A stretch of 64,000 nt of DNA from an uncultured Pseudomonadota bacterium (GTDB taxonomy: Bacteria > Oederibacteriota > Muellerivitia > Muellerivitales > Muellerivitaceae), in the NCBI GenBank assembly GCA_963770835.1, contig CAVYRH010000020.1, forward strand, positions 23,213 through 87,212, in the 5' to 3' direction. Below, piece by piece: positions 17,985 through 27,517 of this stretch (position 1 is its first letter; every line of letters starts with the position of its first letter). The translations under genes and the position numbers were made by a program. Below the pieces are notes generated by a model. It worked only from the letters and a program-made list of their open reading frames with translations, was not told the origin of the DNA and did not search any database.

Positions 17985-20486
17985 CTAACTTTGCCACTTC
18001 TTGATCTTATCCACATAGGCCGTGACAAGTTCTTGAGCTTTCTTTTCGTTCTCAGCCTCCGCGGTCACATGGAAGAGGGCCATGTCCGCGTCCGGCAGGA
18101 TCATGATGGAAGAACCGTTCTGGGTGAGTTTCACGCCGTCGATCAGTTCCCGCTTCTCGCCTTCCGTGTCCTCGATCAGGTGGCGCATGATCGTTCCTTT
18201 CATTTCCCAGGAGCAAGGTACCTTCTGGCTGATTTGGATTTTCTTGGGGATCTGGTCCAGGTAGTGGGAGATGGGCTTTCCTTCAATAGCGATGAATTCC
18301 ATTAATTTCGCAGTGGACATCATGGCATCCATGAAGGGCGCGAAAGAGGGGAAAATGAAGCCGCCGTCGGACTCGCCCACGAAGGCCACGTCTTTTTGCG
18401 TGGCAGCCTCCATGAGGGAATAATAATTGATGCGGGTCCTTTGGATCTTCCCGCCGTTGGCCTTTGCTAGGTCGTCCAATATATGGGAACCATTGACGGG
18501 CACCACCGTCTTGGCGCCCTTTTGCCAGTGATAGGTATAAAGGGAAAAGAGGGCCAAGAGCTCGGTCCCCTCCAAAAGATGGCCTTTTTCATCCACCACG
18601 AAAATCTTTTCCGCGCCCGAGTCGAACAAGACCCCAAAATTGGCTTTCAAGGTCGGCACAATGTCCGAAAGCTGTTTCAGGGCCGCTTGGAATTCTTCCG
18701 GGGTTTTGGTGAGCTTGGTTTCATCCATATAGGCGTTTAGGGCCACCACCTCGCAGCCCAACTTGCCCAAAAGCCAGGGAAAAATGGGGGCGGCGGCCGA
18801 AAAGGCGTAATCAATGATGACCTTGGGCTTGTATTCCATGATGCCCTTCACGTCCAGGGCATCCAGAAATCCCTGGTGGTAGAACTCAATCATGCGGTGG
18901 GGGAAGACCAATTCGCCCGTTTCCTCCATGGTGGCGCGACGGAAATCCTCCCGGTAAAAAAGATTCTCGATCCCTTTTTCCTTGCCGGAGGATAAGGCTA
19001 AACCCTGCCCATCGAAAAATTTGATGTCAATGAACTGCTTGTCGAAGGGGCTCTTGCGGGTATGCAGGCCCCCCGCGTCGGTGAGCTTGGGTACCGCATA
19101 ACGGGACACCGAGATGGGCATTTCCTGCAGGTCGTGCACGTTGACGCCCGAAGAGAGGATTCCCGAGATGAGCGCCCGGTTGATCATGCGGCTGGTTTTG
19201 TGGATGTCGCGGGCCGTCAGGACGGTCGAACCCTTGGGCAGCGAGGCCCCATAGGCCGCCCCCAGTTTGCTGGCGAATTCCGGCGTGATGTCGATGCCCG
19301 CCATGCCGGTGACGCCGTGCTGGCCGAAGATGGACCGAGCCCATTTGTCGCCCCAGACGAGGGAGGTGGAAAGTTGGGCGCCGTCCTCCACCACCTTGTT
19401 GGGCCATACCTTGACGCCGGCCTTGATAACCGCTTCTTTGCCGATGGTGCAGTTGTCGGAGATGATGGCGCCCTCAAAAACATTGGCCTTCTCCTGAACG
19501 TCGGCGCCCGAGGCGATGACGCATTCCCTCACCTGGGCTTCCGCGCCGATTAAAACGTTTCGCCATAGAGTGGCGTTGATAAGGACCGCCCCTTCCTCCA
19601 CTTGACAACCGTCCCCGAGGACCGAATTGGTGATCTTGGCGTTCTTCCCGACGTTGCAATTGTCGCCTAGGACCACGGTGCCCGAAAGCTGGGCCGAGGA
19701 ATCGATGTGGGTCCCCTTCCCGATCCAAATTTCCTTTCCCACCTTGTTTTGCCGGGAACCGGGGATGGCTATTTCCACCTTGCCCGCGAAGACATCTTGG
19801 TGGGCGATACGGTACTGGTCCAGGTTGCCGATGTCCGCCCAATAGCCCTGGGCGATATAGCCGTAAAGTAGCATGCCTTCCTTCAGCATGTGGGGAAATA
19901 GATTCTTGGAAAAATCGTACTCGGATTTTTCCGGGATCAGGTCGAGAACATCGGGTTCCAAAATATAGATGCCCGTATTGACCGTGTCGGAGAAAACCTC
20001 GCCCCAAGTGGGCTTCTCAAGGAAGCGTTGAATCTTGCCGTCCTTGCCAGTGATAACCACGCCGAAAGCCAGGGGGTTTTCCACCCTCGTCAGGATCATG
20101 GTGGCCTTGGCCCTGTTTTGTTCGTGGAACTTAATGGCGGCGGTGAGGTCGAAGTCGGTTAAAACATCCCCCGAGATGACCACAAACCGCTCGTCACCGA
20201 TCAAGGATTGGCAGTTCTTCACCGAACCCGCCGTGCCCAGGTCGGATTCGGCGGCCTTGTACATCATCTGGATGCCGAAATCGGCGCCATCGTGGAAATA
20301 TTCGGTGATGACTTCCGGCTGGTAAAAAACCACGCTAATGAGGTCGGTCAGCTTGTGTTTTTTAAGGAGTTCCACGATGATTTCCATGATTGGCCGATTG
20401 ACCATGGGGATCATAGGTTTGGGAAGGTTGATGGTAAGGGGCCGCATGCGTGTGCCGAAGCCGCCCGCCATAATGACTGCTTTCAT
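17985..20486 (-). CDS. Mannose-1-phosphate guanylyltransferase + hexapeptide repeats + PMM-like domain
   Basis: AGGFGTRMRPLT, LPKPM, LGTAG, EKP; LbH region; C-terminal alpha-D-phosphohexomutase fold. Confidence 0.93.
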   Translation of the reverse strand: MKAVIMAGGFGTRMRPLTINLPKPMIPMVNRPIMEIIVELLKKHKLTDLISVVFYQPEVITEYFHDGADFGIQMMYKAAESDLGTAGSVKNCQSLIGDERFVVISGDVLTDFDLTAAIKFHEQNRAKATMILTRVENPLAFGVVITGKDGKIQRFLEKPTWGEVFSDTVNTGIYILEPDVLDLIPEKSEYDFSKNLFPHMLKEGMLLYGYIAQGYWADIGNLDQYRIAHQDVFAGKVEIAIPGSRQNKVGKEIWIGKGTHIDSSAQLSGTVVLGDNCNVGKNAKITNSVLGDGCQVEEGAVLINATLWRNVLIGAEAQVRECVIASGADVQEKANVFEGAIISDNCTIGKEAVIKAGVKVWPNKVVEDGAQLSTSLVWGDKWARSIFGQHGVTGMAGIDITPEFASKLGAAYGASLPKGSTVLTARDIHKTSRMINRALISGILSSGVNVHDLQEMPISVSRYAVPKLTDAGGLHTRKSPFDKQFIDIKFFDGQGLALSSGKEKGIENLFYREDFRRATMEETGELVFPHRMIEFYHQGFLDALDVKGIMEYKPKVIIDYAFSAAAPIFPWLLGKLGCEVVALNAYMDETKLTKTPEEFQAALKQLSDIVPTLKANFGVLFDSGAEKIFVVDEKGHLLEGTELLALFSLYTYHWQKGAKTVVPVNGSHILDDLAKANGGKIQRTRINYYSLMEAATQKDVAFVGESDGGFIFPSFAPFMDAMMSTAKLMEFIAIEGKPISHYLDQIPKKIQISQKVPCSWEMKGTIMRHLIEDTEGEKRELIDGVKLTQNGSSIMILPDADMALFHVTAEAENEKKAQELVTAYVDKIKKWQS

Positions 20487-20855
20487 GCCGGCCTTCCTTT
20501 AAGTAGCCGCACGGCAAGCCGCACGGAAAACAGAGGTCGGTATAGTACCGATTTCCATTTTGATGTAGTTAAAATCGGTGAATCGGCACATTAATGCCTC
20601 CGTTTTTCGAGGGCCTGGTTCATGGGCCGAAGATGACTTCAAGACAAAAATTAATGGAAACGGGAACACACCGATACCTGCCAAGAGCAGTTCAACTTAT
20701 GTATTTTAACTTATTTCACGCGAAAATATAACTTTTCTCAATGGGAACGAAGTGACACAATATCGCCCCGATCCTAAGCTATTGTGGATCGCCTTGCTTT
20801 TTAAAGCCCCAAATTCGATGTTATAACCTCGCCATCAACAAGGAGCATCATTCAA

Positions 20856-22214
20856 ATGAGCATCAACGAACAGGACGTCCTGAAAGTTCTTCGGACCATC
20901 CAGGACCCCGACCTTCACCAGGACATCGTTTCTTTGGGTTTCATTAAGAACATGAAAATCGAAGCAGGCAAAGTGGCCTTCGATATTGAAATGACGACTC
21001 CCGCCTGCCCGGTTAAGGACCTCTTCAAAAGCCAGGCCACCGAAGCCGTGCGAAAACTTGAAGGCGTCACCGGCGTAGAGGTCCAAATGACTTCCAACGT
21101 CCGGCAGGCGCCCACCGGCATCAAGAACGTCAATATGCCCACGGTCAAAAACCTGATTGCCGTGGCTTCCGGCAAGGGGGGCGTGGGAAAGAGCACCGTC
21201 TCGGCCAACCTGGCACTGGCCTTGGCCAAAACCGGTGCTTCGGTGGGGCTCATGGATGCCGACGTTTACGGTCCTTCCATCCCCCGAATGTTGGGCGTCG
21301 TCGGCCAACAACCCGACACCGATCCCCTTTCCAAAAAGATGATCCCCTTCGAGAAACATGGCATTAAATTTATGTCGGTGGGAATGCTACAGCAGGAATC
21401 CGACACCGCCCTTATCTGGCGGGGTCCCATGGCCAGCAAATTGGTCCAACAGTTCCTGGCGGGGGTGGAATGGGGCGCCTTGGACTACCTTTTGATCGAT
21501 CTTCCGCCGGGTACCGGCGATATCCAGTTGACCTTGACCCAATCGGTGCCCTTGGCGGGCGCTATCATCGTGACCACCCCCCAGGATGTGGCCCGCACCA
21601 TTACCCAAAAGGGCTTGCGGATGTTTCAACAGGTCCAGGTTCCCATTATCGGCATCGTGGAAAACATGAGTGGTTTCGTGTGCGAACACTGCCACGAGGT
21701 GACAGCCATTTTCAAGAAGGGTGGCGGGCGAAAGATGGCCGAGGAGCTGCACGTTCCTTTCTTGGGCGAAGTTCCCTTGGAGCCCATCATTACGGCGGAT
21801 GGGGACTACGGCGTCCCGACGGTAGCCGCCCACCCCGAGTCCCTTTCCGGCAAGGCCTATGAACTTATGGCCCGGCAAATGGCCTCCCAGCTTTCGATCA
21901 TTAATGAAGCGACTTCCAAAGTTTCCTCCCGGCCCCGGGAAGTCAACACGGAAGACCCCCAAGTGACCGTCGTCACCTGGGACGACGGTGCCACTATGCG
22001 GTACCCCAACCGTTATTTGAGGAGCATGTGCCCCTGCGCCCAATGCGTGAACGAGGTGACGGGCGAACGGATGATCAACCTGGAAGCGATTGACCCCGCA
22101 GTACGCATCACGGCTGTTTCACCGGTGGGGCGCTATGCCCTTCACTTCCAATGGTCCGACGGCCATGGGACGGGCCTTTATTCCTTTGATACGCTTCGAA
22201 AACTCGGGGAATAA
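20856..22214 (+). CDS. apbC: Mrp/ApbC Fe-S carrier ATPase with N-terminal DUF59 and C-terminal DUF971
   Basis: IQDPDL...TPACP; SGKGGVGKST; DLPPGTGD; CEHC; CPCAQC...WSDGHGTGLY. Confidence 0.92.
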   Translation: MSINEQDVLKVLRTIQDPDLHQDIVSLGFIKNMKIEAGKVAFDIEMTTPACPVKDLFKSQATEAVRKLEGVTGVEVQMTSNVRQAPTGIKNVNMPTVKNLIAVASGKGGVGKSTVSANLALALAKTGASVGLMDADVYGPSIPRMLGVVGQQPDTDPLSKKMIPFEKHGIKFMSVGMLQQESDTALIWRGPMASKLVQQFLAGVEWGALDYLLIDLPPGTGDIQLTLTQSVPLAGAIIVTTPQDVARTITQKGLRMFQQVQVPIIGIVENMSGFVCEHCHEVTAIFKKGGGRKMAEELHVPFLGEVPLEPIITADGDYGVPTVAAHPESLSGKAYELMARQMASQLSIINEATSKVSSRPREVNTEDPQVTVVTWDDGATMRYPNRYLRSMCPCAQCVNEVTGERMINLEAIDPAVRITAVSPVGRYALHFQWSDGHGTGLYSFDTLRKLGE

Positions 22215-22320
22215 GAACCGGGTTAACTTTCTAACTCCCCCTCCTTTCTTTCCTAACTTTTTTCTCCATAAAATAAACTTAGGTCGTGGCCTTGTTTAAT
22301 CTTTTCAAGGGGAGGCCTTT

Positions 22321-22566
22321 ATGAACAGCCTGGTAATGGTTGTGGTTGTAGGTCTTTTGGCCGGATGGCTGGCGGGCAAGATCCAAAAAGGAAAGGGGTT
22401 TGGGATCGCCGGCAACTTGGTGATCGGCATACTGGGTTCGGTTTTCGGCACTTGGCTTTTCAACCAGTTGGGTTTATCCCCCTACGGTTTCGCGGGTAAT
22501 CTTATTGTGGCGGTCGTGGGAGCCCTGGTTATTTTGTTTCTGCTGAGTGCAGTGGCTAAAAAGTAA
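22321..22566 (+). CDS. GlsB/YeaQ/YmgE (transglycosylase-associated) membrane protein
   Basis: GLLAGWLAG, GNLVIGILGS, AVVGA; RBS GGAGG. Confidence 0.9.
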   Translation: MNSLVMVVVVGLLAGWLAGKIQKGKGFGIAGNLVIGILGSVFGTWLFNQLGLSPYGFAGNLIVAVVGALVILFLLSAVAKK

Positions 22567-22594
22567 ATTTTTTCCAACCGAAAGAGGTCAAACC

Positions 22595-22990
22595 ATGAAA
22601 AAAATCTTTGCTGCTGGTTTGTTGGTGGGGGCATTGGCGGCGGGCCTGGCCTTTGCGGCCGATTCCACCGATCAAAAGATCTCTCAGGACACGAACGATC
22701 TTAAAAAAGATTACGCAATAAAGGTTCATAGGGATTTAAAGAAAATCAACGCTAAGATCTATCAGTTGAAGCAGGGCCTGAAAAAAGACGGCAAAACCGC
22801 CGATGCGGATTTCAAGCGGCAAGTCAAAAACTTGGAGATCCAAAAGGCGGGCGTGGACAAAAAACTCGTGGAACTCGAGAAATCCACGGGAGACGCTTGG
22901 AAGGATCTCCGCCAGGGGGTGGATGGCGCGGTGGCGGATTTGAGAAAGTCCGTCGACGGGGCTGTAAATCAGTTTAAACAGAAAAAGTAG
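22595..22990 (+). CDS. Exported coiled-coil protein
   Basis: RBS GAGG; signal peptide MKKIFAAG...AFA; GDAWKDLRQG helical motif. Confidence 0.7.
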   Translation: MKKIFAAGLLVGALAAGLAFAADSTDQKISQDTNDLKKDYAIKVHRDLKKINAKIYQLKQGLKKDGKTADADFKRQVKNLEIQKAGVDKKLVELEKSTGDAWKDLRQGVDGAVADLRKSVDGAVNQFKQKK

Positions 22991-23006
22991 CCGCCGCTTC
23001 GGTTGA

Positions 23007-23036
23007 AAGGTCGCTTTCCCAAAGGCGGCCTTTTTT
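23007..23036 (+). terminator. Rho-independent terminator
   Basis: AGGTCGCTTT-CCC-AAAGGCGGCCT followed by a T run. Confidence 0.65.
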
Positions 23037-23124
23037 ATTGCTGGACATTGATAATGGTTTTCAATACGATCATGGGGTTCTCGACACTCAAACCACGACA
23101 AATCGCCAAAGAATCCTTAATTTA

Positions 23125-24417
23125 ATGAAAAAAAGTCAACCTACCGCGCCCCGTAAAACCAAAAACCAAAATCAAAAAGGCTGGTGGCGCCCCATCGCCG
23201 CGTTCCTGGCGGTCATGGGCCCGGGCCTCATCGTCATGCAGGCGGATACCGAGGCCGGCAGCATTACGACGGCGGCGGTCGCCGGCGCCCAATACAGCTA
23301 CCTTCTGGTGGGACTCCTCCTAGTCCTGGCCTTGCCCCTTTATGTCGTCCAGGAAATGACCGCTCGCCTCGGGTCCGTCACCGGGAAGGGTCATGCCTAC
23401 CTCATCCGCCAAAAATACGGCTTGAAATGGGCCTGGTTTTCCCTGGCCATCCTCTTCGTCTGCAACGTGGCAGCGCTGGTGACCGAGTTTGCCGGAATTC
23501 TGAGTGCGGCCCGTATCGCCCATATCCCCCCGGCCGTGTCCGTAAGCGTTTCGGCCCTTCTCCTTTTATTCGTCGTCATGACCGGTTCCTACCGCAAGGC
23601 CGAATATATCGCCCTGGTTTTCTGCGCCGCGGACTTGCTTTTCATACCGGCGGCATTCATGGCCCATCCGGATTGGGGGGAAGTCAGCCGGAGCCTTTTC
23701 GTCATCCCCACCCATTCCATCACCCGCGATTTTATCCTGGTGGTCATCGGCCTCATTGGGGCGGTAATCATGCCCTGGATGATCTATTACCAGCAAAGCG
23801 CGGTGGTCGACAAGCGATTGACAGCGAAGGACATTCCCATGGAGCGGCTGGAAACGGGGATCGGGGCGGTGATCACCGAACTGATCATGGCCTTCATCGT
23901 TATAGCAACCGCGGCCACACTCTATGTCCGCCACATATCGATTAACGACGCGGCCCAAGCCGCCAGCGCCTTGATGCCCCTGGCCGGCCAATATGCCGGC
24001 GCCTTTTTCGCCATTGGTTTGATCAGCGCGGCTTTCTTGGGCGCTTTCGTCGTCGCGCTTTCCACCGCCTGGGCTTTCGGCGAAACTTTCGGGTGGCCTC
24101 ACAGCCTGAATTTTCGCCTCCAGAAAGCCAAACGCTTTTATTCCCTTTACGCGGCGGGAGTCGTGATCGCGGCGCTCATTGTCTTGATCCCAAACATTCC
24201 CCTAGTAACCATTACGGTCATCGTGGAGGCGGGAAACGCCTTATTGCTCCCGATTGTTTTGATCTTCCTGCTTTTGCTGACCAATGACCGGAAACTATTG
24301 GGTGAACACGTCAATCGCTGGCCCTCCAACCTTTTAGCCATTACAACCGGAGCCGTCATCATTCTGTTGGGGCTATTGTCCGTTGTCTTGACCTTCTTTC
24401 CGAACTGCATTCCTTAA
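23125..24417 (+). CDS. NRAMP/SLC11-family divalent metal transporter (NRMT-like motifs)
   Basis: MGPG..ADTEAG, QEMTARLG.VTGKG, IMPWMIYYQQS; about 11 TM helices; start ATG 23125 inferred. Confidence 0.88.
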   Translation: MKKSQPTAPRKTKNQNQKGWWRPIAAFLAVMGPGLIVMQADTEAGSITTAAVAGAQYSYLLVGLLLVLALPLYVVQEMTARLGSVTGKGHAYLIRQKYGLKWAWFSLAILFVCNVAALVTEFAGILSAARIAHIPPAVSVSVSALLLLFVVMTGSYRKAEYIALVFCAADLLFIPAAFMAHPDWGEVSRSLFVIPTHSITRDFILVVIGLIGAVIMPWMIYYQQSAVVDKRLTAKDIPMERLETGIGAVITELIMAFIVIATAATLYVRHISINDAAQAASALMPLAGQYAGAFFAIGLISAAFLGAFVVALSTAWAFGETFGWPHSLNFRLQKAKRFYSLYAAGVVIAALIVLIPNIPLVTITVIVEAGNALLLPIVLIFLLLLTNDRKLLGEHVNRWPSNLLAITTGAVIILLGLLSVVLTFFPNCIP

Positions 24418-24576
24418 CGCTGTTTTTCCCTTTGGATTTGTGCCTTCTGCTAAACAAGCCACAATTAAGGCTATTGTTTGTTGAGGGTTTTTCTTTTTCC
24501 CTGATTTAACCTGACTGCCCATTCCACCCCACTTCCCTCCGGCCTAAATTAATAACATCAAATCAAAAGGAACCCT

Positions 24577-24774
24577 ATGGCGACCGAAGTCAAATTCATC
24601 CCCAAGATCAAGATCCTCAACAACTACCAATACAACGCTATTTCGGAATTAACAGAGTTGATGTGGCGTTGTTCCAAGTGCGGGCAACTGATCCACCGCA
24701 AGGAAGGCCTACCGGAGAAGTGCCCATCCTGTTCCGCCCCTCAACGCGAATTCGCCCTCGTGGACGAAGACTAA
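24577..24774 (+). CDS. Small rubredoxin-like metal-binding protein
   Basis: WRCSKCG...PEKCPSCSAP..F; RBS AGGA. Confidence 0.75.
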   Translation: MATEVKFIPKIKILNNYQYNAISELTELMWRCSKCGQLIHRKEGLPEKCPSCSAPQREFALVDED

Positions 24775-24786
24775 CCTCCCCTGACT

Positions 24787-24908
24787 TAGAACCTGTTTCA
24801 AAACCCCTAACGACAAAGATTTTCAACGCAGAGACGCAAAGTTAAACATTGTTTTAAAAACCTTTAAATTTCGCCTTTCTCCGCGTCTCTGCGGTGAAAT
24901 AGGTTTTA
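24787..24908. mobile_element. Miniature inverted-repeat element with internal CGCAGAGACGC inverted pair
   Basis: TAGAACCTGTTTCA ... TGAAATAGGTTTTA (12/14 inverted match); internal TTCAACGCAGAGACGC / GCGTCTCTGCGGTGAA. Confidence 0.55.
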
Positions 24909-25106
24909 TTTCCTTCCCTTTTGTGCAAATCCCCCTGGATTAAACTGTTTTATAGCCCTTTCCCCGATTGAACCCCCAAAGCTTTTCCCAAACAAACTTA
25001 ACAAGCCTACTTCCGATTTAATTAAAATGTCGGCGTCTTCCTAACCCCCCAGTTAAAAGCGGCCCTGAGAAGCCGTCAAAACAACGCCTCGGAAAGGCCC
25101 GCCATC

Positions 25107-27476
25107 ATGATGCAAGGTCTCTCATCTTTCGAGCAAGCCGCCCTTTGGGTCATCTGCGCCATTTCACTTTTGGCGGTGGCTTATGCCTTTTACCTGCGGA
25201 CCCTGGTTTTGAGGGAGCCGACGGGCGACCGGGAGATGAAAAAAATCTGGCTGGCCATCAGCTATGGCGCCAAGGCCTACCTCAAGCAACAGTTGCAACG
25301 GATACTCCCCATCATGGTCCTCTTGGCGATAGCCCTTTTCTTTTCCGTCTATGTCATCCCTCCCTCCCGCGAGGCCCTCGAAAGATTCGCGGTCCTTACC
25401 CCGGACGGGGTTAAGGTCGCCATCGGCCTTGCCCGCGTGATCGCCTTCGGCATGGGGTCCCTCTTTTCCCTCGCCGTCGGCCAGATCGGCATGCGCATGG
25501 CGGTGAAAGCCAATGTGCGGGTCACCCAGGCCGCCCGGAAAGGTTTTGCAGAATCCTTCCACACCGCCCACCGCGCCGGGGCCGTCACCGGCATGCTCAC
25601 CATCGGCCTGGGTCTCCTGGGCCCCACCATCGTCTTCATGGTCCTTGGCACCGCCGCTCCGGACGCACTATTAGGTTTTGGCTTCGGCGGCACCCTGGTG
25701 GCGCTCTTCATGAGGGTGGGGGGCGGCATCTACACCAAGGCGGCCGACGTGGGCGCGGACCTGGTGGGCAAGGTAGAAGCGGGCATCCCCGAGGATGACC
25801 CCCGCAATCCCGCCGTCATCGCCGACTTGGTGGGCGACAATGTGGGCGACTGCGCGGGAATGGCAGCGGACATCTTCGAGTCCTACGGGGTCACCATCAT
25901 CTCAGTCCTCATGTTGGGTATCGCCTTGTTCGAGCTGACCCATCAGATGGCTTGGATCCTCTATCCCCTCATGGTGCTCGCCAGCGGGGTTTTCACTTCC
26001 ATCCTCGGCGGCATCATGGTGCGGGCCAAGGAAAAGGGAAAATCGAAGGAGAACGCCCTTATTCCCGTGGTCCGGGGTTTCGTCATTTCGGCCCTGGGCT
26101 CCATTATTCTCTCGGCCGCCATCGGGGCCTACTACCTTCAATCCTCCCCCGGCGGATGGTGGCGCCCTTGTTTTTGCGTTTCCTTGGGGACAGTCCTCGT
26201 GGTGGTCCTGTTCGTGTTGACTCGTTATTTCACCGAGGTTTCCGCCGCACCGGTCAACGACATCAAGGAATCCACCCGCACCGGCCCCGCCACCGTCATC
26301 ATTACCGGCCTTTCGGTGGGCTTTGAGTCCGCGGCCTGGTCGCTTTTGATCGTGGCTTTCATCCTGGTGGTTTCCTACGCCATCTTCGGCACCCTTTCTT
26401 CCCTTCCCCTCTCCGACCGGCTTATTTACACCCTTTACGGCATCGCCCTGACCGGGGTCGGTATGATGGCCCTGACCGGGGACAACCTGGCCATGGATTC
26501 CTTCGGACCCATCGCCGACAACGCCAACGGCATCGGCGAAATGGCCTGGACCAAACGCAAGGACGCGAAAACCATCACGGCCCGGCGCATCATGAACAGC
26601 CTGGACGAGGCGGGCAACACCACCAAGGCCATCACCAAGGGCGTGGCCATCGGCTCGGCGGTCATCGCGGCGGTTTCCCTGTTCGGAACCTATATCGTGG
26701 AAGTCAGTATCGTCCAGGCCCGCGTGGGGATTCCGCTGGCCGAACAGCTGGCCTCGGTGGGAATCCGCATTTCCATCCCCAAGGTCTTGGTGGGCATGCT
26801 CCTGGGCGGGCTCCTGCCCTTTCTTTTCTCATCCTTCGCCTTGAAGGCTGTGGGCCGCGCGGCTTCCAAGATCGTGGAGGAGGTTCGGCGGCAGTTCAAG
26901 GCCGGCGCCTTGAGCGGCAAGGTCAAGCCGGATTACTACAAGATCGTCCAGCTTTGCACCCTCGCGGCCCAGCGGGAACTCTTGCCCATGGCGCTCCTGG
27001 TGGTGTTGACCCCCATCTTGGTGGGCATTCTTTTACAAGTGGAGGCCCTGGGGGCCTTTTCGGCCGGCGCCATCCTTTCCGGCCAGCTTTTGGCCGTCTT
27101 CATGGCCAACGCAGGCGGAGCCTGGGATAACGCCAAGAAAGCCATCGAGGACGAGCCCCGGGACCCGGCCCATAACCTGGGCAAGGGCTCCGAGCGGCAT
27201 AAGGCCAGCGTGGTGGGCGATACGGTTGGCGACCCCCTAAAGGACACGGCAGGCCCAGCCTTGAACCCCATGATCAAGGTGGTCAACCTGGTTTCGGTCA
27301 TCATCGCGCCCATTTTGGCGCGCTACACCGAATGGAGCACGGGAAGCTGGGCGATCGTGGCGGGCATCCTGGTCATCCTGGCTGGCTGCTACCACCAGAG
27401 CACCAAGTCGGTGTCGGGGCAGTGGAGGCACACCATCCGCCACAGCCTGGGCGGGTGGATAAAAAACCGGCAATAA
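25107..27476 (+). CDS. hppA: Membrane-bound proton-translocating pyrophosphatase, K+-independent type
   Basis: DVGADLVGKVE, EDDPRNP, GDTVGDPLKD; GNTTKA carries Lys at the K+-dependence site. Confidence 0.96.
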   Translation: MMQGLSSFEQAALWVICAISLLAVAYAFYLRTLVLREPTGDREMKKIWLAISYGAKAYLKQQLQRILPIMVLLAIALFFSVYVIPPSREALERFAVLTPDGVKVAIGLARVIAFGMGSLFSLAVGQIGMRMAVKANVRVTQAARKGFAESFHTAHRAGAVTGMLTIGLGLLGPTIVFMVLGTAAPDALLGFGFGGTLVALFMRVGGGIYTKAADVGADLVGKVEAGIPEDDPRNPAVIADLVGDNVGDCAGMAADIFESYGVTIISVLMLGIALFELTHQMAWILYPLMVLASGVFTSILGGIMVRAKEKGKSKENALIPVVRGFVISALGSIILSAAIGAYYLQSSPGGWWRPCFCVSLGTVLVVVLFVLTRYFTEVSAAPVNDIKESTRTGPATVIITGLSVGFESAAWSLLIVAFILVVSYAIFGTLSSLPLSDRLIYTLYGIALTGVGMMALTGDNLAMDSFGPIADNANGIGEMAWTKRKDAKTITARRIMNSLDEAGNTTKAITKGVAIGSAVIAAVSLFGTYIVEVSIVQARVGIPLAEQLASVGIRISIPKVLVGMLLGGLLPFLFSSFALKAVGRAASKIVEEVRRQFKAGALSGKVKPDYYKIVQLCTLAAQRELLPMALLVVLTPILVGILLQVEALGAFSAGAILSGQLLAVFMANAGGAWDNAKKAIEDEPRDPAHNLGKGSERHKASVVGDTVGDPLKDTAGPALNPMIKVVNLVSVIIAPILARYTEWSTGSWAIVAGILVILAGCYHQSTKSVSGQWRHTIRHSLGGWIKNRQ

Positions 27477-27517
27477 CAATAATAAAAAAATTCTCTACAC
27501 GGCTTCTAAGCTGCCGA

